Part shown: positions 50,701 to 62,540 of the stretch, piece after piece | Numbering within the stretch: the stretch's first letter is position 1 | Layout of the letters: each line of letters begins with the position of its first letter | From: Novakomyces olei | Taxonomy: Eukaryota | NCBI GenBank assembly: GCA_016906335.1 | Contig: JADEYG010000009.1 | Span: forward strand, 310,001 to 374,000 | Length of the DNA: 64,000 nucleotides | Direction of reading: 5' to 3' | Program-made: the position numbers and the translations under genes | Notes under the pieces: model-generated | Databases searched by the model: none | Told to the model about the DNA's origin: nothing | What the model saw: only the letters and a program-made list of their open reading frames with translations

Positions 50701-53700
50701 CGACCAGTCCGGGAACTCGGCAGCCGCTGGGACAACCGGCTTTGCAAATGCAGAGCGAGCGCTCTGCAGTCTGCGTAGCAGGGAAGCAAAAAGCTCTGCC
50801 GGAGTACAAAAGCTGCGAAAAGTAGCGAAAAAGGAGGCCCTATACTCCTCCGAGTCCATTGTCAACGAGGAAGATTGCAATGACAATTGCGAAGGAGTGA
50901 AACTGGCAGGAAAAGTCGGGTTAGTAGACGAGTGTTTAAGGCTCCGTTCCTCGCAAATCAGGCCACGGAATTCGGAGATATCGAGCACGAGCAGGTCGAC
51001 CAGCCTTTCAAAAGTAGCAGCTTTTATTGCCACTGGTTCGAGAGAGACATGGCCAGCATTGGTACTGCCGGCCAGAGTATTAGCAGTATTAGCAGTATTA
51101 GCAGCAGCAGCTGCTGCTGCTACATTACTACTCGCCTCTTTGCTGCTGTTTCGTTTGCTCTGGTTTGGACTCATTGTTGCAGAGTACCGCGAGTTTGGCA
51201 CTGTCCCTGATCCTGAGCTAGCAAGTCCCGCTGAGCTGGATCCCAAGCTTGCCGAAAGCCGTTTTGAAGACGTCTCAATCAGGCTCGCTGGGCGTGAAGC
51301 TGCCCGAGACGAAATCTGTGACCTTTTCACTACCAAAGAAGCGTCCTGAGCAATAAACCTGATCTCTTCGACTCCCGCTAGATCACGTAAGCTGCGTAGC
51401 AACGGTTTGTTTTGGCTCCGTAACCCGGCAACGCGCATTCTTGCTGCATGATCTACTTCACGGTACATGTTTGTTATTGCCGGAGGGTACGATTTAGAGC
51501 GCGTAAGTGGCTGTGAGGTTAGGGTTGAGGGATAAGTTGCGTTCCCTGTTGTTGGTGTAGTTAAAGCATCAGAGGAAGCAGTTGATGCATCGAGCAGCTC
51601 GCGATCACGAAACAGCTGATAAGAGTTTAGAGTTTTCGTAAATAGCAGAGGGATGTACGATCCGTTTTGAACAAGAGAGCTCTGGCTGGCTCGGTCACGG
51701 CGAAGAGCATAAACTGCCGGCGCCATTCGAGGCGGTTCCATTCTGGCAGAAGCGAGAGCAAGAACGTCTGGCCTTTGCATGTCCAGGTAAGCAGGGTCAC
51801 TGCACGCTCTAAATACAAGAGTCTTGAAGGCAGTTTGAAGACTGAGTAAAGGCTGCAGTGGACCCTGGCCCTCAGTGACATTACGCAGCATTTTATCCAC
51901 CTGTGCAGTGGCAAAAGACGCGTGCCAGTCGCGTAACGCGTTACGCGTTTCGGCAACGAGTTGAGCATACTTTTGCAAGTCTACACTGCCGCTGTCATTG
52001 GCCAGAGTGCTCTCCGCCATTAAAACAGACAAATCGCTGAATAGCGGAATCGGTGGCAATGGTACATTTGGCATTTGCGGAGAAAGCAAAAGCACTGCTG
52101 GTCTCAGCTCCCCTTTATTGTCCATACAGAAACTGCCACTGCGAGCGTGCCTGTCAATGTCTGTTATGAGAGGAACAAAAACTTGCTGTACAAACGCACG
52201 ATCAGATAAGCCGACATTGATCCAGAGACGGTCTAGGCGGCTCACGCTAGGATCGGTTAGGGCAAAGGCAATTGCTACAAGCGTAGCAGTATCGCCCTGT
52301 GCTTGCGCCCGACGAGCAATTGCGATCCACCGCTCTACAATTCGAGGTTTAATATTAGCACTATGCTGAGTATTGCCCTCGTTGCCTTCTCGATCCGATA
52401 CATCCACGGGGCCCACTTCGAGCAGATGCGAAAGGATGAGGCACGTAACGAAATGAGGGAATCGAGGACTGAATACAAGAGGGTTTATTGCCCCTGCGTC
52501 TTTTATACCGTCCATAATACTGTCTTTTTCCGATTGCCCGTGCTTTTTTCTATGGGCCTTGGCTGATTGAGCGTTGCAACTATCCAGCCGCGCCCGATCA
52601 GATACCCATAAAAAGGAAACATCGTTATTGTCAGACAGAGAAAGCGCAGCTAAAACTTGACGCAGGCAGGCAGAGTGAAGTAGATGTAATTGCGAAGCAA
52701 ATACTTCAGCCGGTAGGTCAAGAAAGGCTTTGGGGGAGAGCAAATCTCTGTACCCTTCTGTGTTATCGTTGACATTCGTGTACTCTGACAAAGACGATTG
52801 CTGCATGGTTATAGAACTATTGAAATTTACAAAGGAAAGCCGGGTTAGACGTGTTCGTCTGTTATCCAGCTCTGCCAAAAGCTCATGAACTTTGGCTTTT
52901 CCCTCGGCATCTAGAGCCTCTCTGGCTCTTTTTACCATCTGGCAAAGGCCCTCGTAGGCTTCAGTATTGAGCAAAAGACTGGGCGCCTTGTTTATGACGA
53001 TTTTTGCCACATAGAGACAGAGATTGGTATTGGGAATTGGGTCAAAAATGGCATTCTCAGCTCCATTTTTTACATTTGCAGCTCTCTGTTTGGCCTGTTT
53101 GCCCTCATCAAAGATAATTGTCCCCAGTAACCTGAAAAACTTACCGGCCGGGCCCGACCACAGGCACAGTGTTGAAAACACAATATCAGCCAAAATAACT
53201 GAATGCTTTTTAGGGGTCTTAAATTGGACGTTAGTGGCAAGGCCCAATAACGTCTCTGTCCCGGGTTCCTGCAGGCCGTATCCACCACTGAGCCTGTTGC
53301 TACAAAGCCCACCGCCGGTCGATAAACGAACGCTGCTGCGGTTCCCATTGCCCACAGTCGAGACCAGTCGTCTGGCGCTTGACAAAGTACTAAAGCTCTG
53401 CTGGCAAAGCTCTTGAGCACTGGTGAAGGTATACTCCATAGACGACGATGATGATGATGCAGTACTGCTCTTAGCATACGGATCTCTTTCCAGTTTCTCC
53501 ATAGATGAAGGAGCTAGATGCTCTTTAGTGCTTGCATTCTGTGCAAGTTGCTGCAAGTAACTTGCCACTAGTCCGCAGTCACCGTTACAAGCAGCCTTGA
53601 ACTCCCTAACAAAACCGGGACGGCCAACTCCCTCGCTAGAGCGCTGCCTAGTACTTCCCGCCTCGGGCAAGTAATTTCGCTGAGAATAAGATAGCACGAG

Positions 53701-55197
53701 ACTGTCTGGCGACACTGAGCTTACGGTAAAAGCGGACAAAAGAATCGTTGACTCGAGGGCCCATAAATCGGTCTGTTTTACGGCCCAGAGACCTCGCTGC
53801 GCACTTCCCCTTTTACATATTATAAGCCTGTTGTCAAGGGCAAATAGCGCAATATTAAACCCATTAGAAAAATCAAGATCGGTATCGTTGGCCCGTGCAG
53901 GCGGCGTCATCGCCTCTTCAAACAGCGATTGTGCTACTGAAGGAATTTGAGGTAAAAGACCAGGCGACGAGGGTCCATTGCTGCTCCGATGATTTGCTTC
54001 TTGCACATCAGCATCTTCTTCTGCCGTAAAAAGGCCCACAATGACCGCCTTCATAGTAGGAAAATCGTCTCCCCTTTTCACGAATAGCATCGTCTGCAAA
54101 TCTAAATTAAAAGTCGTGTAATCAATCTGCGAGGCAAATTTGGCAGGTAAAACTTGCTCTGCCGAGACTGACGGTTTTCGAAAAGGCTCACGCTGCCTCG
54201 AGTTCAATTGGCCCACACGTAAATCCATTACACTGTCCTCTTGAGCAGGTAAGCCTTGCACTCCACTTTCGCCTGTCAAAGGCAGACTTTCTTCTATGCT
54301 ATAAGGATCAAACTGTTTTACTTTGGCGTCAATTGTGGAGGCGTAAAGGTACAGCTTGGAAGAGTGCAGGACTGCGTAACGCAGTCGCCAGTCAGACACG
54401 GATTCGACAGAAAGAGCTGGGCTAACATCTGCCAGAGACGAAGTGCCCACATTTACGTACCCTGCACGCTGAATAGATTCGGTGGGAAAAGGAGTATCAA
54501 AGTTTGCCGAGGCAGATCCGTCTTCCCCGTTGCCATTGGGGTACTCTGAATGAACGGGTAGTACGCTCGTTGCCCCAGACGACGACTTGCTGGGCAATCG
54601 GGCCAGAGCAGCAGTTGAGTATGACGAAGCAGAAGCAGTGCTTGATCCTGGAGACTGAGAATTGCTGCTTGTATTTAGATAATGATTATTATTTCCTGGG
54701 ACTGGTGAAGTAGACGCTGAGCGTCCAAACAGACTCAGATCGCTCATTGACCGGGAAAGTGCACGGTAACCCCTATCAAACACGTTTGTTCGGTGTGCAG
54801 GACCGTTTGGATGGTGATGGTGATGACGAGAGCTGCCAGGCTGAGACTCGTCGGCCGTTGCGTTTCGTCTGCGAGCGCCGATGGGTAATGGCTCAACTGT
54901 AGACGCAGACGATTGAGCATTTTGATTGATTATTGACCCACTATTATCAGCAGTATAATTGGCCGTGTTTGCGTCTGTGAGACGCGGTTCTGGTGATCGT
55001 TTACTGCTCGTGAAAAGTCGACCTGTGTGTGAGGATTTCAGAGTTCTCGAAGAAGAATCACGCGGTAAACGCGTCGATGCAGTTTCTGTAGAATTGTCAT
55101 TGTTTGTGTTATTGCTGTTGACTTTTCCACGCTGTGAAAGATCGTGTGGCTCGGAAGGCGTAAGCGTGGACACTGACGCCTTCTTTGAGAGCCGCAT
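47734..55197 (-). CDS. BEM2: Large Bem2-like RasGEF-like/PH/RhoGAP protein, 3 exons
   Basis: REM motif IKAATFERLVDLL...FFATFRSFCTP, degenerate RasGEF segments (LVNFDKYRYVYN), a PH domain (QARNTADASDWVRHL) and a RhoGAP with arginine finger (GIYRVSG, LLKLWLRELPDP, NQMYAYNLAIVFSTNL). Confidence 0.82.
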
Positions 55198-58171
55198 GAA
55201 TTACAGGGGAAAGTGACACGGTAATTATAACCAAAATTACCGGCCGTTTCCGTTCAGTTTAAGGTTTTGTTTCAGCGTTAATATGCTCGCGTCTTTCAAT
55301 GCTTCAATCTCGAGCAGCTTAAAGGGTAGATTGGACGCGTATATGGCTCGTGATTATGCATATGGAGTCATGCTGCCGTTAATCATGAACGCGTTTATGT
55401 TAGACTGCTGTTGGAATATGACTATATCCTGCACGCTTGAACTCTATTTGTATTATTTACGTATGGTTGTGTGGCACTTTACATATGAAGCTTTTATATG
55501 TATCTAATCTTAAATGAATTTTATATGCATATTTGTCTAGTCGATTTATCTCTTCAATTCTTCGTCCATATATATTTCTAGTAGCCATTGGTGATTTTAG
55601 CATATCAACGTCGACGCGAGTTTTGAATTGTAGACAGCCCCACAAAGTTTGTGTACTTGTACCTACAACCGATGTTTATATTAACAATATTCATGAGCGA
55701 ACTCGTGTATTTAATATTCTTGTTCAAAAACTTTTTTCTTCCTACGTTGACGAGCCTGTACGAGGAATCCCTCCTACTCATCGAATTTAGCTGGATCTTG
55801 TGCTATTATAAGTTTGAGCATGTTAGACACCACTTTTTCCCGATTATAGCATTTTTGCTAGCTTTAGCCTCAGATACAAAAGAGATTTTTAATCCTTGAT
55901 TTCAGTTGAATAATGGCTTATTGCCGACCAAACAGGAAAAATATTTATCGGCATTATATAGGTTCAAAGAGACAGGCTCGTCTAATTGTACGGGCAGTTT
56001 TAAGAACAATAATCGTGTTAGTACGTCCACTTTGGCATATTTACGTAATTCTATTTTTCCGCAAGCTGTGGCTCTATAAATGTTCAGGCTAGATGGGAGT
56101 TCGAATTATGTGAATTAATCCATAATTTGTTTCAAAATGCTTGTTTCAGATCTGATTTTACGTCTGGGTTGTTTTTTTTCCCTAAAAGAAAAGAAAAGAA
56201 TTTCATGAAATAATCAAAATAATCTTCTGAAACACAAAGTCTTTTTTTTCATTCTTGATTTAGAAACATTATTGTCGTCATGATTCTTCATCTTGTTCAT
56301 GCATTGAATGAAGCGTTTCCCAGCAAGCTTTATATTACATAGCTCGACGATCAGCCTTTCCAATCTGTTATTGAAGCACGAACACTACCTTTAATGCTAT
56401 CTCTCAGCTATAATACAAATTACAAATTTTTCTATGTCTAACGCCGAGCGTATATTTTCTCACATTCACTTTTGGACGCAATTGTGCAATTCTTTTGGGA
56501 GAGTGCTATAGCGGCCTCGGCGTTAAAGACACAATTATTGCTTTATAAACATTGATTGCATAATCTGTACCAACGATAAATATTTATCATTTCTTAATCA
56601 ATTCTATTTAATTGCGTATACACATTATAAATCTTCAACAACGCTAGAATCACGCCGTGAACACACCTCGACTAGGGTTCATTATTTTGCTCTATTCCAA
56701 AAATTTGGCCTGGCAAATTTTCGTATATGGCTTTTTTTGGCGGCCAGCAAAATAAGGGACAAGGGAGCCTAGAATCACGAATGGTGCCCTGGCCGCACGG
56801 GATGACGACCCTTGTGAGAAGAAGGCGTCGCATTGATCTGCACACATTTTTAATATAACTCCTCAACGAACCGGGAAGGGTTCTGGTAAACTGCCCAAAA
56901 GGGACACTAAAATTCTCACGGCGCATCGTAATTGGTACGCTAACATTTTGGCCAATATGATTGGCTCATTTGGGTTTAGGACTTCACGTGTCGTCGCTTT
57001 GAGTGCGCGTCGTCCCTTGACGCATCCCATCTGATGATAGGTTGCAGCGGAACAAGACGGTACTAGCTCAGCCATTAGCACGGGCAGTAGAATATGAACA
57101 GTACTTGCGAAGCACAAGAAAGATCAGTATAGAATAATTGTTTGTTACAAAGCTAAGTATAAAATACGATACATGACACGTAGGCGTGTCGTGCCAAGCG
57201 TGAATTCTCATCCGCATCCACGATACGTGCCCGACGTTTGTACCGATACAGCCATCAGGCCACATACCGGAACTCTCGGCACGAACCCCGGTCCGATCCA
57301 TAACGGTCCCGATCGGTAGAAGGTCAAGTAATGTAACAGCAGCGATTAATTATCCAAGCAAGCGTACGGTGGAGGAGGCTTTACAAATATGTTGGGTGCG
57401 TGGCATGCTCTTGCAATAAACATGTAATCATGTACATTTACAGTGTGGCAGCGTGAATTTGCAACACGGAATCCCGAGACTAGTTTCACGTAAAGTTGCG
57501 AAGAGTATACGATTATGAATTTCAGTATAGCCAGAGCACGATCTGCAGCCTGAAAGCGATAGCCTTACTTGGAACGAGCCGCCAGATTGCTTGTCCATTC
57601 ACTGCTTCCCAATGTTCCATTCGCTTGGCGGAGAAATTCTGTGCCCCCAATTTTCTTCTTTGGCTTCCACAGCGCGTTTGTGTCGCGATTGATCGTACCG
57701 TAATTCTTTTCGGCAGTAGGCGGCAGACTAATAGAAACAAATACTTCTATCCGACTTCCTCGACGGTGAAACGAGGGATACCGAAACGGGCACAGCACAG
57801 AAAGGGATGACAGGATGAATATTTATAATTCTTAGTAATTGCAAAACTCGGAATCGCTATGTATAGATTTTGGCACAGTGCAGGCAGACAATATCGTGCC
57901 TTATAATAATAGCGTGACCCCATCTATCGTAAATTTACTGTATTATTATTATTATCATCATTATTATTATTATTGTTATAATAATGATTTAATAGCCAAA
58001 CATAGGCAGGCACGCACCACATTTTCAAAGACCTCATAGGTCTTGTTCAGATCCCGCTACTCTGTCCGCGCGGCCATTCGGGTTAGGCGCCAAGCGGAAG
58101 AGAAGCCGTTAGAATATAAAAGAACAGGCGGCTTTAGATCTGTGCAGCCGCGTCCCGTGCCTTGAACATTT

Positions 58172-61100
58172 ATGGCCGTTCTTTCGGCGGCGGCCGCTCC
58201 TGAGCCGCGTCCCCCTGCTACTGCCGCCGCCTTTGTCAGCCGTCTCACGGGACCCGGAGAAAGGGGCGGGCAAATGCCGAGGGCACAAGGGGACAATGGG
58301 AAAGACCAGCGCCAGTCTCAGCCGCCACTGGCACAGGACGGGATACTGACCAATGGCTATACTCGATCTGATTCTCACACAGGCAAACTGCCCACTTCTC
58401 CGTCTCCACTCTCATCGGAGCCACCGTCGGCGATGGACAGTAAGCCGGCAAATGACGATCCGCCGAGGCCCTTCCGTATGATCCGCAAAAAGTCGGGTGA
58501 GCTGGTCAAACCGTCTCTCAAATCCGAATCCTCTCAGCGCCACCATCGCCGACCAAAATCTCTGCCCTGTACGCCTGTCTCTGACCTGGAAGCGACAGCG
58601 GCGGCTATGGATACGGATGCTCTGAGCAAAAATGTACACTTCTCCTCACAGTTAGAGCATATACGGCACTTTTTGTACAATGACAGGCCGGAAGACGTCT
58701 CCGTTCAGCCTTCGCCGAATGAGGATTCTCCTGCCGACAGCGCCGGCGCTTCTCCCCGGCAATTGCCGAGACGAAGGATGCGTAATGATAATGATATTGA
58801 TCAGGAGGACGATGATTACGACTACTCTTACTTTGGCGCTCGCCGTAACAATACCCTTTTACCTTTTGCGGCCGCCCACAATTCATCTACCCCACAAAAG
58901 CAGAGCTATGATGTCAAGCTGTCCCTCCCCAACTATACCCCAGAAGCACAGGCTCACCCGGTCAATGGGGCTTTTGCTCCCGTGAGACTGGAAACGGTCT
59001 ACCTTTCCCCTGATCGCACACGGCTGATGGGCCGAGTTGCCGTGGCCAATCTTGCCTACCAAAAGGACGTGCGTGTAAGGTACACGGCCGACGATTGGGC
59101 TACTACCTCTGAGGTACATGCCTCTTTTGCTGCTCCATATACAAGCTTTGTACGGGTCCTGGGAAATAATAATAATAATAATAAGAGCAACACCAACAAC
59201 AGCAATTGTACTGATGAACTCGAGGATAAACGGGACAGGTTTGCCTTTTCCTTGGCATTGCCGGATTTTTCTCTAATGAAGGAGAAGGAGATTTCTCGAA
59301 TTCGGCTGTACCTGTGCATCTGTTTCAAGTGCGATGGCAAGGAGTATTGGGACAATAATGATGGCCATAATTACACAGTATTGTTTACGCCTAAACGTGT
59401 TACACTGTCGCCTACTTCTGCCGCATTACCGCGTCGAAGGTCTACGGTTCATACGACTAGTGGCAGTGATACTGCGTGCCTTTTCCGCACAGTATCGGCA
59501 GAGGACATTGCTTATCAAAACAGTGGCAATAAGAATAGTGACAAGGGCCAAATGGCCGACGATGTTGATCGCAGTATCCGTCAAGAATTGCTGGCTGACC
59601 GAAGCCGAGCTGACCCAATGTCCTGGCTGCGTTATATTAATACTAAACTGAACGATGCCTCTGGAGAGTCTACGACACCGGCAGAGAATGACACTGGGAA
59701 TTCTGCTGGAGTTAAAATTGCGGTAAATGGACGATTTGAACCTGAATCGGAGTCATCAACAGCCGGAGCAGGCATGCCCCGCCGATGGCTGAGCGATACC
59801 AACTTTGGTCACAAAGTTGCAAAAGATGCAGATGAAGACGACGATATGATTTCTCTGCGCTTGAAAAGGCGCAATGATGTAATGAAGGGATTAAACACCT
59901 CTTCGACGGGCAGTGGAGCCATAAAATTTGGGAGCACAGGTCCAAAAAGCTTGGACAAAGGACAGCAGGACGATGAGGATACAGTTATCAAAGGCGCCCG
60001 TCGGGTGGATGATAATATAAGTCCCGAGGCTAGTGCACGTCCTTCTCCTCTATCGAGCTCTCACCAAACGCAAAAGCAGCCTCTTTACAATCGGTACAGT
60101 TTTGTTTCCAGTCTATCTACCGCCCTGGCCGATGCTCGACGAAGACAGCCCAATTTCGCCCAGTCTAAGGAGGCAGCAGCAACACTGCCTAAAAATATGA
60201 ATCTCTCAGCAAACGGAGTCGGAGTTGCTGGAGCAGACAAAGCATCGAAGCCTTATTTGCTTCCACACTATCCGTATGGTGGTGGGAACTCGGAGAACTC
60301 TGGAACCCGTCCGGCAGTCGATTCAGAGCAGTATCGCCGTATGGTACAGTCCTGGTGTTTTGCAGGCAATTCGGATGAATCCGGTTTGAATGGCTCGTTG
60401 AACTCTTCCAATAACAGCAGTAAAGAAGGCTCCTCTTGCCAACCCTCAAAGACGTCTTCTCCGCTCGCTCCTCTTTCGCCCTCAGAGTTCCCGAATCGTT
60501 CTCGGAACGATTCGTTTGCTCCACTGCCGGGCGGCAGTATCGATTACATGTCAAGCCGGTACTTTCTCCAGCAGAGACCGAGTGCATTGGCGCCCAGTCA
60601 ATCGAGTTCAAGTCCAGACAAAGCCCGAGGGCTGTTTGCAGAAAACGATTCTTCCAGCAATACACTAGCTAGTGACGCAGAGTCAAAACTGGGCAACGAC
60701 TCGGGAGAAAAGCACGCTATAAACCGCACCATAAACCCGGGCGAGGCAGCAGAGCAATGTCTGGTCGATACTAGTACTAAATACAATAGCAAAGCCGGTA
60801 ACGGCTCAGACTCAAATGGCAAAGTATCGGCTGCGGTTGACAGTAAAGAAAAGTCTTATTCAAGTGGATGGCTTGAGGATTCTAAAGCAGAAGAGACTCC
60901 AACTCCGCTTGAATCTCCGACTCCACAGAGGTCGTCTTCCGGACTATTATCTTCGAACAAGCAAAAAGGCTCTGTTGCCTTTCAATTGCCGCAGCCTTCC
61001 TTCCAATTGACCAAACTGCCAAACGCTAAAGCGCCTGAAACCAAGGACTTTTTGCCTCCGTCCACGTCGAATTCCTTGGCTGACTTGGATAAAATGCACT

Positions 61101-61378
61101 CAAATTCTGCTCCCAGTTCGCCTTCAGAGAAAATTAACAGCTCTGGGAAGCGTCGTATTAATATTGCTTCGTTTCTCCGAAGCCCGAGTGCTGACAATGC
61201 TCCAACTCTGGGAAACGGAGCAGGGAATAGTAACTTGTTGCCGTCGCCTGGACTTCATTCTGGATACATTGCCGACCACACGAACAGTACTCAGAACGGA
61301 TCTAGCTCGGCTAGTTCAGGGACGCCTTCGCCTTTTCTTGGCAATTCTCATTTTCCCTCGCCTTCGATAAAAATCTGA
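58172..61378 (+). CDS. Glycogen-targeting PP1 regulatory subunit with CBM21 domain (Gac1/Gip2-like)
   Basis: RKKSGELVKPSLK, RVxF-type KNVHF, CBM21 motifs (VANLAYQKDVRVRYTADDW, YWDNNDGHNY) and a long disordered C-terminus. Confidence 0.9.
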   Translation: MAVLSAAAAPEPRPPATAAAFVSRLTGPGERGGQMPRAQGDNGKDQRQSQPPLAQDGILTNGYTRSDSHTGKLPTSPSPLSSEPPSAMDSKPANDDPPRPFRMIRKKSGELVKPSLKSESSQRHHRRPKSLPCTPVSDLEATAAAMDTDALSKNVHFSSQLEHIRHFLYNDRPEDVSVQPSPNEDSPADSAGASPRQLPRRRMRNDNDIDQEDDDYDYSYFGARRNNTLLPFAAAHNSSTPQKQSYDVKLSLPNYTPEAQAHPVNGAFAPVRLETVYLSPDRTRLMGRVAVANLAYQKDVRVRYTADDWATTSEVHASFAAPYTSFVRVLGNNNNNNKSNTNNSNCTDELEDKRDRFAFSLALPDFSLMKEKEISRIRLYLCICFKCDGKEYWDNNDGHNYTVLFTPKRVTLSPTSAALPRRRSTVHTTSGSDTACLFRTVSAEDIAYQNSGNKNSDKGQMADDVDRSIRQELLADRSRADPMSWLRYINTKLNDASGESTTPAENDTGNSAGVKIAVNGRFEPESESSTAGAGMPRRWLSDTNFGHKVAKDADEDDDMISLRLKRRNDVMKGLNTSSTGSGAIKFGSTGPKSLDKGQQDDEDTVIKGARRVDDNISPEASARPSPLSSSHQTQKQPLYNRYSFVSSLSTALADARRRQPNFAQSKEAAATLPKNMNLSANGVGVAGADKASKPYLLPHYPYGGGNSENSGTRPAVDSEQYRRMVQSWCFAGNSDESGLNGSLNSSNNSSKEGSSCQPSKTSSPLAPLSPSEFPNRSRNDSFAPLPGGSIDYMSSRYFLQQRPSALAPSQSSSSPDKARGLFAENDSSSNTLASDAESKLGNDSGEKHAINRTINPGEAAEQCLVDTSTKYNSKAGNGSDSNGKVSAAVDSKEKSYSSGWLEDSKAEETPTPLESPTPQRSSSGLLSSNKQKGSVAFQLPQPSFQLTKLPNAKAPETKDFLPPSTSNSLADLDKMHSNSAPSSPSEKINSSGKRRINIASFLRSPSADNAPTLGNGAGNSNLLPSPGLHSGYIADHTNSTQNGSSSASSGTPSPFLGNSHFPSPSIKI

Positions 61379-62093
61379 TGGAGACCCAATACATTCACGC
61401 CGGGTTAAGGATCAATATCCACTAAAAACGCAACGTCAATGATAAAAATGCATTTATACTTGAGAATTGTGCAATTGGGAAACTGAAATTGCTTTTCAAG
61501 CACAGCATTCAATTCTTGGTCACAGAAAAAGTTTGTCCGTGTGTACAAATATCTTTAAAGCATTTTAAATTTGCAATTCAAAAGGCTGATTTCTTTTTGG
61601 TTCTATTCAACACTCTTATTATTACTATTTTATTTTCAATTCAATACTAGGACATTTCATTTTCTTCAGGGGTACAGTACGGGATTAGATATACTGTTTA
61701 CAGGGTGGTGGAATGGCTTTTACGATCAAATTGACCCGTGAGCCCTTTAAATATACAATTCTGTGCTCACACATATGGGCATAGAGACGTGCGGTTATGG
61801 AAAGGATTTTTTTTTGTTTTCAGAAATTTACTCGCTCGTGTGCGCCAATTACTACCGTCACTATCGCCGTATCACTATCGTCATTATTATTTTCTATTTT
61901 CGCTATTTTCGACATTATTTTGGTCGAAATTAAAAAGGGGTTCTCGTGAAAGCGGCAGTTCCTTGATTGCAGTTTTACGGTCGTTTCATGAAACTATTTG
62001 GATCGTTGGTTTATGGTTTTTATTTTGGGAGCGAAGGATGGGTTCATTAATATTTCCGGTATCCGTCCGGGTTATAGATAGGTGGCGCGAAAC

Positions 62094-62168
62094 AGCAGAT
62101 ATTCAGCAAGCAGATATTCAGCAAGCAGATATTCAGCAAGCAGATATTCAGCAAGCAGATATTCAGCA
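62094..62168. repeat. Five perfect copies of the 15-mer AGCAGATATTCAGCA
   Basis: Read directly from the sequence. Confidence 0.97.
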
Positions 62169-62378
62169 TAGATGACATTGTATTTATACACAACTTGCTG
62201 CACTATTTGTGGATGTTTTGTTTACGAAGAGCAGATTAGAATTGAGTAGTGATCGTCTAGTTGACTAAATAAATCAAAATGGATTAACAACGTTTATACA
62301 CATTGGTCAAGAGAATTAGACTTGCGGGCACACGCTGCAGCATAGATTCGTGTCGCGAATCTCGAGAGCGACTGACAA

Positions 62379-62471
62379 TAACCCTATCCTCCTTCTAATA
62401 ATAATAATAATGATAGTAACCCTAACTAACCCTAATAGTATATATAAAGTATATCTAACAAGCTAACCCTA
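62379..62471 (+). promoter_or_regulatory. Four TAACCCTA telobox-like motifs flanking a TATA box upstream of ATG17
   Basis: TAACCCTA at 62379, 62417, 62427 and 62464, with TATATATAAAG at 62439-62449. Confidence 0.6.
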
Positions 62472-62540
62472 GGGTCGAGCTGGTATATAGCTCGATAATA
62501 GTCAGCGGCCGATATCGACTGGTGTACAGTGTCTCCATGT

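Noticed and set aside
55200-58170. Possible transposon or LTR remnant in the large intergenic gap
   Set aside because: No terminal repeats, target-site duplications or transposase/RT fragments were recognised.
61738-62175. 145-aa ORF ending in QQADI repeats, and a possible CRISPR-like array
   Set aside because: GTG start and low-complexity content. The repeats have no spacers and the genome is eukaryotic.
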